Notes: generated by a model not told the origin, from the letters alone. Counted from the first letter of the stretch, positions 23,471 to 33,750 are shown. The stretch: DNA of 64,000 nt from Candidatus Bipolaricaulota bacterium (GCA_035528115.1 DATKZF010000003.1:487089-551088); one strand, 5' to 3'. Made by a program: numbers and translations.

Positions 23471-23586
23471 TGTATTATTATAACATAAAAAAGCGTAAAA
23501 ATTCGCAAAAAAATGCTCATTGGGAGTTGTTTTTATTTTTGGAGTAATTGCGGTATAATGTTTGTGCTAAAAACTTTCTGAATATT

Positions 23587-24678
23587 ATGAAAATAGCGCT
23601 TATTCACGACAATTTGGTGCAGGAAGGCGGAGCTGAAAAGGTGCTGGCCGCCTTGTGCGAGATGTTTCCGGAAAGTCCGGTTTTTACCTTGGTACATAAT
23701 AAAAATAAGACTCAGTCTTTTTGGGGCAATAAAGAAATCAGGACGTCTTTTCTTCAAAAATTGCCTTTTGGCGTCAGCAAATTTCAATGGTTTTTAATGT
23801 GGATGCCCGCGGCTACGGAAAAGCACGATTTGAGCGAGTTTGATTTGATCATCTCCAGCTGTTCGGATTTCGCCAAGGGCGTCATTACCAAGCCGACCGC
23901 CAAGCACATCTGTTATTGCCACACGCCCACCAGGTATTTGTGGATTGAAAGCCAGAAATACGTGGACACTTTGAGAAAAAATAGCTTGGTGAAAAAATTC
24001 CTGCCCATTGCCTTGAGCAAATTGCGCTTATGGGACAGAATGGCCGCTGACAGAGTGGATGTCTTCGTGGCCAATTCCAATGTGGTCGCGCAAAGAATAA
24101 AAAAATATTACGGACAAGACAGTCGAGTTATTTTTCCTCCGGTGGAAACCTCCAAATTTTTCATCAGCTCTCGGCCCAAAAAATATTTTTTGGCCGGTGG
24201 CCGGTTGGTGCCGTACAAAAGGTTTGACTTGGCCATTACCGCGTTCAATCGACTCAATATGCCGCTGAAAATATTCGGCGACGGTTCGGAAAAAAAGAAT
24301 TTGATGAAACTGGCCAAAAACAACATTGAATTTTTAGGTAAAGTTTCGGATTCTAAAAAGGCTGAACTTTTCGCGGACAGCAAAGCGTTCATCAATCCGC
24401 AGGAAGAAGATTTCGGCATCACCAGCATCGAGGCCATGGCCAGCGGCCGTCCAGTAATCGCTTTTCGAGCCGGCGGCGCGCTCGACACGGTCATTGACAA
24501 TGAAACCGGAATTTTTTTCGACAGGCAAAATTGGGAAGATCTCGCTTATCGCGTCCTGAGCTTTGACGAAAAATCGTTTGACCCTGAAACGATCAGAGCG
24601 CACGCTCAAAATTTCGATTTGGAAATATTCAGGAATAAAATGAAAGAATTGATTTCCAGCCAGCCGCTAATGGATTAA
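23587..24678 (+). CDS. Glycosyltransferase family 4
   Basis: GGAEKV, CHTPTRY, EDFGITSIEAMASG. Confidence 0.93.
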   Translation: MKIALIHDNLVQEGGAEKVLAALCEMFPESPVFTLVHNKNKTQSFWGNKEIRTSFLQKLPFGVSKFQWFLMWMPAATEKHDLSEFDLIISSCSDFAKGVITKPTAKHICYCHTPTRYLWIESQKYVDTLRKNSLVKKFLPIALSKLRLWDRMAADRVDVFVANSNVVAQRIKKYYGQDSRVIFPPVETSKFFISSRPKKYFLAGGRLVPYKRFDLAITAFNRLNMPLKIFGDGSEKKNLMKLAKNNIEFLGKVSDSKKAELFADSKAFINPQEEDFGITSIEAMASGRPVIAFRAGGALDTVIDNETGIFFDRQNWEDLAYRVLSFDEKSFDPETIRAHAQNFDLEIFRNKMKELISSQPLMD

Positions 24679-24687
24679 CGATCCGAT

Positions 24688-25824
24688 ATGAAAAACATCG
24701 CCATCGACGTTCGGTGCCTCCTGGAGGAGCGGCTGACCGGCGTCGGAGAATACACTTTTAATCTTTTAAAGTCGATTTTCGATATTGATCGCAATAATCA
24801 ATATTTTTTATTTTACAATCAAAGCGAGCCGTTTTTGGGGCATATTAAAAAGCTGGAAGCTGAAAACGTCACGCTCTGCGGATTCAAGATTCCCAATAAA
24901 TTTTTGAATTTGTCGCTAGGGGTGTTCGGCCGGCCTTTTTTGGATTCGCTGGTCGAGACTCAATGCAAGACTAAAATTCATCAGTTTTTTTTCCCCAACA
25001 TCAATTTTTTGTCGGTATCCCCGCTATGCAAATATATGGTCACTTGCCATGATTTATCTTTTGAAATTTTTCCGTATTTTTTTTCAACCAGACAAAAATT
25101 ATGGCACAAGGCGGTCAGGCCAAAAAGAATCTTCGAGCGCGCGGAAAAAATAATTTCGGTTTCCGCCAACACTAAAAAAGATTTGATTCAAGAATACAAT
25201 TTGAACCCCAATAAAATAGAGGTTATTCATTCGGGCATTGATATTAATTTGGACAAGTCAAAAAACGGAGAAATAAAAAGAAAATACGATTTGCCCGAGC
25301 GCTACATTTTGAGCTTGGGCACTCTGGAGCCCAGAAAGAATATTGAAACGCTCATCCAAGCGTTTGCCATGCTCAAAAAGCAAACCGAGGCGCCTCACAA
25401 ATTGATTATCGCCGGCGGCAAAGGCTGGAAGTACAAAAAGATTTTCGAGCTGGCCGCGAAAACAGATTTGGCCAAAGATATAATTTTTATCGGCTACATT
25501 CCGGCGTCGGACAAACCCAATATTTTGGCGCTGGCCGATGTTTTCGTTTATCCGTCTTTTTACGAAGGTTTCGGTTTTCCGCCCATTGAAGCCATGGCTT
25601 CGAGATGTCCGGTTATTTCCAGCCATGTGGCCTCGTTGCCGGAAATTTGCGAGAACGCGGCGCTGTTGATCGATCCTTACAGCATAGTGGATTTGTTTTT
25701 CGCCATGAAGGAAGTTTTGCGAGACAAAAATTTGAGAGTCAGTCTGATCGGCAAAGGGTTCGTGCAATCTTCGAAATTTTCGTGGCCGGAAGCGGCGGAG
25801 AAATTTTTAAAATTGATAAATTAA
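24688..25824 (+). CDS. Glycosyltransferase family 4 (MtfB-like)
   Basis: GTLEPRKN, PSFYEGFGFPPIEAM. Confidence 0.93.
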   Translation: MKNIAIDVRCLLEERLTGVGEYTFNLLKSIFDIDRNNQYFLFYNQSEPFLGHIKKLEAENVTLCGFKIPNKFLNLSLGVFGRPFLDSLVETQCKTKIHQFFFPNINFLSVSPLCKYMVTCHDLSFEIFPYFFSTRQKLWHKAVRPKRIFERAEKIISVSANTKKDLIQEYNLNPNKIEVIHSGIDINLDKSKNGEIKRKYDLPERYILSLGTLEPRKNIETLIQAFAMLKKQTEAPHKLIIAGGKGWKYKKIFELAAKTDLAKDIIFIGYIPASDKPNILALADVFVYPSFYEGFGFPPIEAMASRCPVISSHVASLPEICENAALLIDPYSIVDLFFAMKEVLRDKNLRVSLIGKGFVQSSKFSWPEAAEKFLKLIN

Positions 25825-25947
25825 TGCTACGGATAGTTAATTCTAATAGGACAAGCTATGTTTGGGTGTAATCGTTTGCTACGGATATGAACTTCCAAAT
25901 AGCTTGGCTATGCGAATAAATTTAAAATAGCGACAGCATGGCTGAAG

Positions 25948-26147
25948 CTATTGTCGCGGGCGCTCGGCCTGCGCGGCGATGCGCGCGAATTCTTCGTATG
26001 TGTTGAATCCCATGACGACCATGCGGTGGTAAGTATCGCCGTTGTCGTCCGCGTCAGCGAAGATGTGCGGAGATGAGTCCGGCGTGATTCGTTCTACCCA
26101 CGCCTGAGATCCGCCAGGGAATGACTGAATTCAGGTTTGCGCGGCAT
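25948..26147 (-). pseudogene. Frameshifted Phd/YefM-like paralog
   Basis: SD+ATG 26147 gives MPRKPEFSHSLADL, then a shifted frame continues AWVERITPD...MVVMGFNTYEEFARI to TAG 25948. Confidence 0.5.
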
Positions 26148-26322
26148 GAGCGTTCTCCTTGCCGTTGGCCAGGGCGTTGTATTTGTTGATGCCCATGATA
26201 ACAGCCACTTCGCGGCCGTTTTCGCAGATGAAGCTGATGGGCGCTTCCGGTCGGCAGTGTTGGGGGAGCCTCTCCCGCAACTTGTCGATCGGAGTTCTGT
26301 CTCGGATAATGTCGCTTGGCAT
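26131..26322 (-). CDS. Small Phd/YefM antitoxin-like protein (63 aa)
   Basis: ICENGREVAVIMGINKYNAL resembles the Phd fold; AAGGAGG SD. Confidence 0.55.
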   Translation of the reverse strand: MPSDIIRDRTPIDKLRERLPQHCRPEAPISFICENGREVAVIMGINKYNALANGKENAHAAQT

Positions 26323-26460
26323 GGCGTCCTCCTTGGTTGATATGATAAAATTAGCATAGGACGGCGGGATTGACAAATTCATGGATCACATATCATGGAG
26401 CACATAGCACGTATCATGCCTGCCCGCCGTAGCTTAAGAGCGAAGGCGGGGATCACCTAT

Positions 26461-26598
26461 CATGAAACAAAAGAACATGAGACGGAAAAACAGAGAAACA
26501 AGGCCGACGCTGTTGTCATCTCGACCGAAGCGGAGAGATCTTTTCCTAATTCTTCGGAATAGATTTCTCCATCCCCAATTTCTAATTTCCGGTTTCTT
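26461..26598. repeat. Dispersed ~140-bp repeat (GTCATCTCGACCGAAGCGGAGAGATCT core); second copy at 46337-46541
   Basis: Near-identical sequence at two intergenic loci. Confidence 0.85.
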
Positions 26599-26623
26599 AT
26601 TACCCATTATTGTTAAATAAATT

Positions 26624-27748
26624 ATGCGCATAGGCATTGACGCTCGAATGTACGGCAGTCAGCAGACCGGCATCGGCAATTACATTAAAAATCTGACCGA
26701 GGCGCTTTTTGAAATCGATCGAAAGAACGAATACGTTTTGTTTTTGAGAGAACCGCAATTTTCCGAATATCAAATCCCTTATGCGAACGTTAAAAAAGCC
26801 AAAGTCACCCCGCGTTGGTACGGTTATGGAGAACAGCTGATTTTGCCTTTTCAATTGATGAGGGAAAAAATCGATATCATCCATTTCCCGCATTTTAATT
26901 CTCCGCTTTTTTATTTCAAACCGTCCGTGGTCACCATTCATGATGTGACCCCTTATCACTTCCCGGGACATCGCATGTCGTCATGGCTTCGGCGAGCCGG
27001 ATTTCGGCTGATTTTCAAGAATTCGGTCAAAAGAGCCCGCCAAGTCATCTGCGTGTCGCAAAGCACAAAAAACGATGTGATCAAGTATTTTCACGTTCCT
27101 GAGGATAAGCTGTTGGTAACTCACCTGGGGGTAAAAAAGCATTTTCGAAAAATTGAAAATCATGGTATAATAAATAAGTTGAAAGAAAAATACGGGATAA
27201 AAAAGCCCTTCATTTTTTACGTTGGCGTGTGGAGAAACCATAAAAATTTGCCGGGCCTGCTGAAAGCTTTTCAATTGCTTAAAACGCGATACAAATTGGA
27301 CTATCAATTGGTGCTGGGCGGCAATGAAGATCCTCATTATCCGGAGGTTCGCCAGACTTGGGAAAAATTGGGTCTGGCCAAGGACATTGTTTTGCCCGGA
27401 TTCATTCCGGAAAAGGAATTGCCTCTTTTTTACAATGCCGCGGCCGCTTATGTCATTCCTTCGTTCATCGAAGGATTCGGTCTGATCGGCATTGAAGCCA
27501 TGGCCTGCGGCGCGCCGGTCGTTTCTTCAAACACCAGCAGTTTGCCCGAAGTTTTGGGAGACGTGGCCGAATATTTCAATCCCGAAGACGAAAATGAAAT
27601 GGCGCGAAAAATATTCGAAGTTTTAACGGACAATGACAAGCGTTCAAAAATGGTTGCCAAAGGGTTTGAACAAATAAAAAAATATTCGTGGGAAGATTGC
27701 GCTCGAAAGACGCTGGACGTTTACGAACGGATTTATAAAAATAAATAA
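26624..27748 (+). CDS. Glycosyltransferase family 4
   Basis: MRIGIDAR, VTIHD, PSFIEGFGLIGIEAM. Confidence 0.93.
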   Translation: MRIGIDARMYGSQQTGIGNYIKNLTEALFEIDRKNEYVLFLREPQFSEYQIPYANVKKAKVTPRWYGYGEQLILPFQLMREKIDIIHFPHFNSPLFYFKPSVVTIHDVTPYHFPGHRMSSWLRRAGFRLIFKNSVKRARQVICVSQSTKNDVIKYFHVPEDKLLVTHLGVKKHFRKIENHGIINKLKEKYGIKKPFIFYVGVWRNHKNLPGLLKAFQLLKTRYKLDYQLVLGGNEDPHYPEVRQTWEKLGLAKDIVLPGFIPEKELPLFYNAAAAYVIPSFIEGFGLIGIEAMACGAPVVSSNTSSLPEVLGDVAEYFNPEDENEMARKIFEVLTDNDKRSKMVAKGFEQIKKYSWEDCARKTLDVYERIYKNK

Positions 27749-27750
27749 TT

Positions 27751-30273
27751 ATGGCAAAGTCGGCCAAAATAAAAAAAACAACCGGAGTCAAAAAAGCTAA
27801 AATAAAAAAACCGGTTGAAAAAGCTTCGGCCAAAAAAAATTCGGCGAAAAAAACGGTTAAGAAAAAAATCGCGGCCAAAACAAAACCGGTCAAATCCAAA
27901 AAAAGGGTTGTGACAAAAAAAAGGACTGTCTCGCCGATTAAAGCAAGCAAGCGGACAGAGCTGGCCAAAAAAGATTCGTCGAAAGAATTGGCCAAATTGA
28001 TCGCCGGCGAAGCGATGTCTGACATCGGCGCTGATTTTATTTTAAATAAAGCTTCTTTGGAGAAAAAAGACAGGCCGAATGTTTTCGTTTACAATAAACC
28101 TCAACCGAAAGTATCAGCGCATTTGCTTGATTTGAAAAACAGAATAGAAATTATCGAGGAAGAGACGGATTCTTTCACGATTTCTCGCGATACTTGCGAC
28201 GATTTCGCGCCGGTCAAATTATTAAAAGAAGAATTAAGCGAGCAATTCACCAAACCCAAGCTTTTCATTTTGCCGCTCGGCTGGGTAAAGGCTTTGGCCG
28301 GATTTATTGTTTTTTCATTGATCGTGGCCGGTCCCATTCAAGCTTTCGGCAATTATTATAAATTGAATAAAACTAAAGAAAGCGTGATCGGCTTGGCCAC
28401 GGGCGGTTTGAATGATCTGAAAACGGCTCAGGACAGCGCGGCCGGGAAAAATTTGGCGAAAGCGGGACAATATTTCAGTAGCGCCGGCGGCAATTTCAGT
28501 TCTGCAAAAGAGCAATTGGACGATATCAATGTTTTGCTCCAACCGATTTTGAAAATGATTCCCGTCGAAGGCAAGACTCTCGGAGACGCCGAGAATTTAT
28601 TGATCGTGGGAGAAAATTTATCGGTTTTGGGCCGATCGATCTCGGAAATATTCGATTTTTTTTACAATGACTCGTCGTCAATCACGGTAAAAATCGCCCG
28701 CATTAAGGAAGATAGCGCGAATCTTTTGCCGATCGCCGAGGAGACCGCGGAAAAAATAAAAAAAATAAATCCGAACGCGGTGCCGGAAGAAAACAAAGAA
28801 CAATTCGAACAGGCCAAAGAATTGATTGAAAAATTCGTCGCCGATTTGAAAACGATAGATTCATTATCCGATTTTTTGCTGGAAGTTCTCGGCGATTCGC
28901 AGAAAAAAAGATATTTGGTGGTTTTCCAAAACGATCGCGAGCTCAGACCGACCGGAGGATTTATAGGCAGTTACGCGATGGTGGACATATATCAAGGCGA
29001 AATTAAGAATATCGACATGCCCGGCGGCGGTTCGTATGATTTGCAAGGCGGCTTGCTGGAAAAAATCATCCCGCCAAAGCCCCTTTTATTGATCAATAAT
29101 CGTTGGGAATTTCAGGATTCGAATTGGTTTTTCGATTTTCCTTCTTCCGCGCGAAAAATGGCCTGGTTTTACGAAGCGGCCGGCGGACAGACCGTGGACG
29201 GAGTCATCGCGATCAACGCCGGATTGATCGAGGAATTATTGGCGTATTTGCCGCCGATCGATTTATCGGAATATGGCAAATCAATCAATGCCGACAATTT
29301 TATTGACGAGATTCAAAAATCAGTGGAACTCGAATACGATCGGTCGATAAACAGGCCAAAGCAGATTTTGTCCGACATGGCGCCGAAATTTCTTGAAGCC
29401 ATTTTTGAGGCCAAAGAAAATAATTTGATGAACATCGCTCAAACCTTGAACCGGAGTTTCGCGAAAAAGGACATCATGATGTATTTGGACGATCCCGAGA
29501 TGGAAACGGCGGTCATGGATTACAATTGGGCGGGCGAGGTAAAGGAAACGTCCATGGATTATCTGGCCGTGGTGGCCGCCAATATCGGCGGTCAGAAAAC
29601 CGACGGGGCGATCAAACAAGACATGGAATTGGTTTCGTCAATCGACAATCGCGGATTCATTATCAATCATTTGACCGTTAAAAGACGCCATAACGGCTCG
29701 CCGGACAATGTTTTTGAGAACGCGACCAACAGAGTGTATTTGAAAATTTACGTGCCTCAGGGCAGTCAAATCATTAATTCCTCAGGTTTTTCCAAAATTG
29801 ATGCCGGAGAATTTTTTCCATTGGCCGCGGGCGCGAAGCAAGACGAGTTTTTGTCCGATGAAGAAAGATTGATCGGCGTGGACAAATTATCCGGCTTGCA
29901 AATTTACGAAGAAGAAGGCAAAACCGTGTTCGCTGATTGGGTGGAAACTAAAGTCGGCGAGGAGTCGCAAATTGAAATTTCGTACATGCTGCCTTGGCAA
30001 TTAACCATGCCGGAAAAGTCCGAGGGCCTCGGCGCGATTTTCAATTCGCTTTTCAAAAAAGATCAAGAAGCGAATTATTATTCTTTGCTGATTCAAAAAC
30101 AATCGGGCGCGAAAAGCCGGCTCAGCGCTTCGGTGATATTGCCGGGCAAACAACAAATAACTTGGACATACCCTCAGGATTTTATTTTGGACGGTAAATC
30201 AAAAGGAACGTTAAACGCGGATCTGGACACCGATCAAATGATCGGTTTGGTATTCGAACCTCAAAAAAACTAA
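27751..30273 (+). CDS. DUF4012-domain membrane protein with K/A-rich histone-like N-terminus
   Basis: YLVVFQNDRELRPTGGFIGSY, DSNWFFDFP motifs. Confidence 0.85.
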   Translation: MAKSAKIKKTTGVKKAKIKKPVEKASAKKNSAKKTVKKKIAAKTKPVKSKKRVVTKKRTVSPIKASKRTELAKKDSSKELAKLIAGEAMSDIGADFILNKASLEKKDRPNVFVYNKPQPKVSAHLLDLKNRIEIIEEETDSFTISRDTCDDFAPVKLLKEELSEQFTKPKLFILPLGWVKALAGFIVFSLIVAGPIQAFGNYYKLNKTKESVIGLATGGLNDLKTAQDSAAGKNLAKAGQYFSSAGGNFSSAKEQLDDINVLLQPILKMIPVEGKTLGDAENLLIVGENLSVLGRSISEIFDFFYNDSSSITVKIARIKEDSANLLPIAEETAEKIKKINPNAVPEENKEQFEQAKELIEKFVADLKTIDSLSDFLLEVLGDSQKKRYLVVFQNDRELRPTGGFIGSYAMVDIYQGEIKNIDMPGGGSYDLQGGLLEKIIPPKPLLLINNRWEFQDSNWFFDFPSSARKMAWFYEAAGGQTVDGVIAINAGLIEELLAYLPPIDLSEYGKSINADNFIDEIQKSVELEYDRSINRPKQILSDMAPKFLEAIFEAKENNLMNIAQTLNRSFAKKDIMMYLDDPEMETAVMDYNWAGEVKETSMDYLAVVAANIGGQKTDGAIKQDMELVSSIDNRGFIINHLTVKRRHNGSPDNVFENATNRVYLKIYVPQGSQIINSSGFSKIDAGEFFPLAAGAKQDEFLSDEERLIGVDKLSGLQIYEEEGKTVFADWVETKVGEESQIEISYMLPWQLTMPEKSEGLGAIFNSLFKKDQEANYYSLLIQKQSGAKSRLSASVILPGKQQITWTYPQDFILDGKSKGTLNADLDTDQMIGLVFEPQKN

Positions 30274-30276
30274 ATT

Positions 30277-32289
30277 ATGATCGATAAAAAATCGTACAAT
30301 CAAGAAGAAAAAAAAGACAAAGGCAAAGAAGCCGTTGAGTCGGCCGATAAATCGGGAAGATTCAGCAGAAAAGAAAAAAAACAGTCTAAAAAAAGGCATG
30401 GGTTCAGTTTTTTTTCCAAACCTTCGAAAGCCATTGAATCGATAGCCTCGATTTACAAGCAAACGGACGAATTGTTTAAAAATAATGCGCCGATTGACGG
30501 TGAGGTTAAGGAAGAAGAGCAAATCCTGGCGCAGATCATGGAAAAAAGAAAAATCAGAAGGAAAAGAATGATAATTTTTTCGGCATTGTGCGGATTGGCT
30601 ATTATCGCCGGAGCCAGCGTGTTCGGATTTTTCGTTTTCAACAAGCGCCAGCAATTTTCCGAAGATAAAATAAATATTGAAATTCTCGGTCCGTCCGAGG
30701 CGATTATCGGCCAGGAAATTTCATATCTGATTAATTATGAAAATAAAGGAAATATTGATATCGATGACGTCAATGTTTTTATCAAATTGCCCCAGGGTTT
30801 TGATTTGATCGAAAAAATACCTGAGACCGATGGCACCAATTGGCATTTTGACAAATTGAAAGTGGGGGAATCCGGGCAAATAAAATTAACGGGTAAGCTT
30901 ATTGATCGAGCTGATTCCGAACAAAAAATGGCCGTGACTTTGAGCTATCAGCCGGAGAATTTCAGCTCCGAATTTTCCACGGGTGAAAATTTTTACACCC
31001 AGCTTCTGCCCGCGGAAATAGACACTGAGGTTTCCAGTCCGGAAACGGCCGCGCCCGGGCAAAAAATCAATTTGGTTATTTCTTATCAAAACAATTCGGA
31101 GAACGATTACGATAAATTCATTTTGAAACTATCGGCGCCGGCTGATTTTCAAATGCTGTCCAGTCAGCCCCAGGCGACGAATAACGAATGGCTGATAGAA
31201 AACATCGGCGCCGAATCGGACAAGCAAGAAATATCGGTCGAGGGCAAATTCGGCGAAGACTTGAATTTGGCCGAAGTCGAAATTGAGCAAAAATTTTCTT
31301 TGCAGGTTTTGTATCCGGGCAAGCTCGATAATAAGTTTTTGCAAAAAGAAGAGGGATTTTCCATCAGGCTTTCGGATGAAGAAATTTTCACCTATTTGAT
31401 CATCAACGGCAAAACGGAAAACAGCAACACTTGTTTCGGCAATGATTTAACCGGCAGTATTATTTTCAAAAACACGGGCGATAAGTCATTTGAAAATTTG
31501 ACCGCGAAATTGATCATCGAGCAATCACCCGTGGACGTGCTGGATTGGCAAAATTCCAATTTCGCCGGCGGCGTTAAGGCGAATATCGAAAACGGCAAAG
31601 AAATAAAATGGAGCCTTTCCGGCTTGCAGGCCAACAGCGAAAAAGTCATTGATTTTAAAATCCCGGTGGCCAAGCTGAGCGCTTTGAGCGATTTTTCAAA
31701 TGACAGTCTTTCCGCGCAAAAGCTTAAATTCCATTCGACCCTGTCCTTTCCGGATGAAGCTCGAACAATCGACAGCTCAGCGCTCGAAATAGGTTTGAAC
31801 AGCGATTTGAAATTGGGCATCAAGGCTTTGTATTATGACGCCGAGGGCAATGCCTTGGGCTCAGGGCCTCTGCCGCCGCAAGCCAATAAGAAGACGGAAT
31901 ATGTGATTTATTGGGATATTTCAAACAATTTGCATGAAATAACGGACATAAAAGTCAAAACAAAATTGGCCGAGAAAGTCAGCTGGGTGGGCGAGCAAAA
32001 AATTGGCGTCGGACAAATGAATTTTAACGCGGACACAGGTGAAGTGGTTTGGGAAATAAACCGGTTGCCCAAAAATATCAATGAGTCCCACGCCAATTTC
32101 AGAATCGGCTTGCGACCGCTTTCGGAAGACATCAGCAAGCTGATGAAATTGACCGAGACGACCACCATTGAAGCCAAGGACGCGGTGACCGGGGAAACGA
32201 TCGTCATGTCGCTTAATCCGATCACCAGCAATTTGGAATTCGATGACAAGGGCAAGGAAAAGGGAGTGGTGATACAAGAAATAGAATAA
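30277..32289 (+). CDS. Single-pass membrane protein with Ig-like extracellular repeats (CPR hypothetical)
   Basis: One TM helix, beta-rich repeats, GSGPLPP motif. Confidence 0.75.
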   Translation: MIDKKSYNQEEKKDKGKEAVESADKSGRFSRKEKKQSKKRHGFSFFSKPSKAIESIASIYKQTDELFKNNAPIDGEVKEEEQILAQIMEKRKIRRKRMIIFSALCGLAIIAGASVFGFFVFNKRQQFSEDKINIEILGPSEAIIGQEISYLINYENKGNIDIDDVNVFIKLPQGFDLIEKIPETDGTNWHFDKLKVGESGQIKLTGKLIDRADSEQKMAVTLSYQPENFSSEFSTGENFYTQLLPAEIDTEVSSPETAAPGQKINLVISYQNNSENDYDKFILKLSAPADFQMLSSQPQATNNEWLIENIGAESDKQEISVEGKFGEDLNLAEVEIEQKFSLQVLYPGKLDNKFLQKEEGFSIRLSDEEIFTYLIINGKTENSNTCFGNDLTGSIIFKNTGDKSFENLTAKLIIEQSPVDVLDWQNSNFAGGVKANIENGKEIKWSLSGLQANSEKVIDFKIPVAKLSALSDFSNDSLSAQKLKFHSTLSFPDEARTIDSSALEIGLNSDLKLGIKALYYDAEGNALGSGPLPPQANKKTEYVIYWDISNNLHEITDIKVKTKLAEKVSWVGEQKIGVGQMNFNADTGEVVWEINRLPKNINESHANFRIGLRPLSEDISKLMKLTETTTIEAKDAVTGETIVMSLNPITSNLEFDDKGKEKGVVIQEIE

Positions 32290-32358
32290 CGCAAAATAAA
32301 TTCCAAGTTCCAAATATCAAATGTATTAAAATAGCGGAAAGCTTGTCTTTTCGCTATT

Positions 32359-32535
32359 TTATGATAATTGTTTTTTTACTTCCAATTTGGTTTGCCTGCG
32401 ATTGTATGTTTTTTTGCTGGCTATCTTTTTCGTCGGCCGATGCAAAACGCCGGATTTTTTGCGGGTTTTTCGGCGAAGGCTTTTGATTTTTTCTCCGGGA
32501 GAATCGTAAATTTTAACAATGATTTTCTTTTTCAT
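32359..32535 (-). CDS. Small basic 58-aa protein, ArfT/ArfA-like candidate
   Basis: MKKKIIVKIYDSPGEKIKSLRRKTRKKSGVLHRPTKKIASKKTYNRRQTKLEVKKQLS; upstream TGaTATAAT; below the ORF-track cutoff. Confidence 0.55.
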   Translation of the reverse strand: MKKKIIVKIYDSPGEKIKSLRRKTRKKSGVLHRPTKKIASKKTYNRRQTKLEVKKQLS

Positions 32536-32679
32536 AAAATTTTTTGTTTTGTTGAATTAATTATATCATGAATTTATTTTCGGCGCGCGGGCGTCCGGGG
32601 GCGGCCGCCCTCGGACGTAGAGACGCGCCATGGCGCGTCTCTACAACGCGCGTTCGCGCGTTCGTCCGCGCGCCAAATC

Positions 32680-32706
32680 AAAAAGCGGCCATGAAAGCCG
32701 CTTTTA
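32680..32706 (-). terminator. Intrinsic terminator closing the 34.4-32.7 kb unit
   Basis: GCGGC-loop-GCCGC hairpin flanked by A/T tracts. Confidence 0.7.
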
Positions 32707-33750
32707 GATTAGCATCAACCTGCCATTTTACCCGATCAAGATGCTGTTGCCAAAAAACTGGATAGTTGGAGAGAGATTTAAAGAACATCTATCTCGTTTT
32801 TGGCAAACAGTATGCTGACAGGGTAAATCGCTCGCGAATCCTACCCGAATTTAACTATACGATGTATGACTTATTACTTGTAACTTCAAATCGTTAATTA
32901 AATTCGGGTAGGCGGGAAAAACTAGTTTGTTTTTCCCACCGGCTTCACCACTTACGGTAGGTTACACCGCCTTGCTTTGCTGGCGAGGCTGACGAGGGCC
33001 GGACACACGTATGCCCGGGAGCGGTTATTAACGGATCTCTCCGTCACTCCAGAGAAAGGCTACACCCCAAGGATTACTCCCCGAAAGGTTCACCAGCCCG
33101 TTGGAGCCAACCGCTGCGCAAAGTCCCCCGGATGGACAATCAGCGCTGTCGCGCCTTCTTCACGTCGGGCGCCCATCACGGTCATACCCAACGCTGCCTC
33201 ATTATGAGCATCTCTACTCCATCTCCTTGTAGATTGCCCTTGCCATGGAACCGGTCTTCGAAATTAGTGAAGACCGTCCCCCAAGTTTTTTATCTTGTTA
33301 CACAACTCCTATGGCCGGCCGTTTTTCAAATAGGTCCGGCTTGTTCGAAGCGTTGCAAGGGGTGGGGACTCTTCAGGGAGAGATCCCCTGTGGCGGATGA
33401 GCGATGGACCCTTTTTGGCGTTGGAGCTGAAAGCTCCTGGGTCCTGCGGTCGCGTGTCGCGCGACGCTTCATCCGCCGTTTCCGGTCCGGCCATCCTGAT
33501 GGCCGGCTAGCCTCGTTCTGGGCGCACCCGGCTAGCTGGGCGCGTTCTTTATGAGCACTGATACTCTCCTTTCTCGGTGATAAAGAATGAGCGCGCGCTC
33601 CCTTAGCCTATTTGGCCGAAGGAGCCGCCGTACGCGCTCAGCCAGCCTGAGTCTCCAAGTTAATCTTCGAAAATCAGGTTGGCCGGAGACGTCCTAGGTG
33701 AGGTTGTCTCCGATGGGGGAAAGAACGAGGAGGGGTGGGGTGGGGGAAAG
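32706..33750 (-). ncRNA. Large (~1 kb) highly structured non-coding RNA candidate
   Basis: Continuous series of hairpins and multiloops, GNRA/UNCG loops, no credible ORF. Confidence 0.7.

Noticed and set aside
22978-23547. Short ORFs overlapping the 23-kb structured region
   Set aside because: No SD or recognisable motifs; consistent with chance ORFs in GC-rich structured RNA.
33516-33527. Second group II intron 5' end (GTGCGCCCAGA, minus strand)
   Set aside because: Better explained as a GGG-UGCG-CCC tetraloop hairpin inside a local GCTAGCC stem. No domain I enclosure or DV was found.
32977-33554. ORFs overlapping the large RNA
   Set aside because: No recognisable protein features or good start context; the sequence is dominated by base-pairing patterns.
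33620-33660. Group II domain V (GAGCCGCCGTACGCG, plus strand)
   Set aside because: Downstream sequence does not form the 34-nt DV hairpin with an AC bulge.
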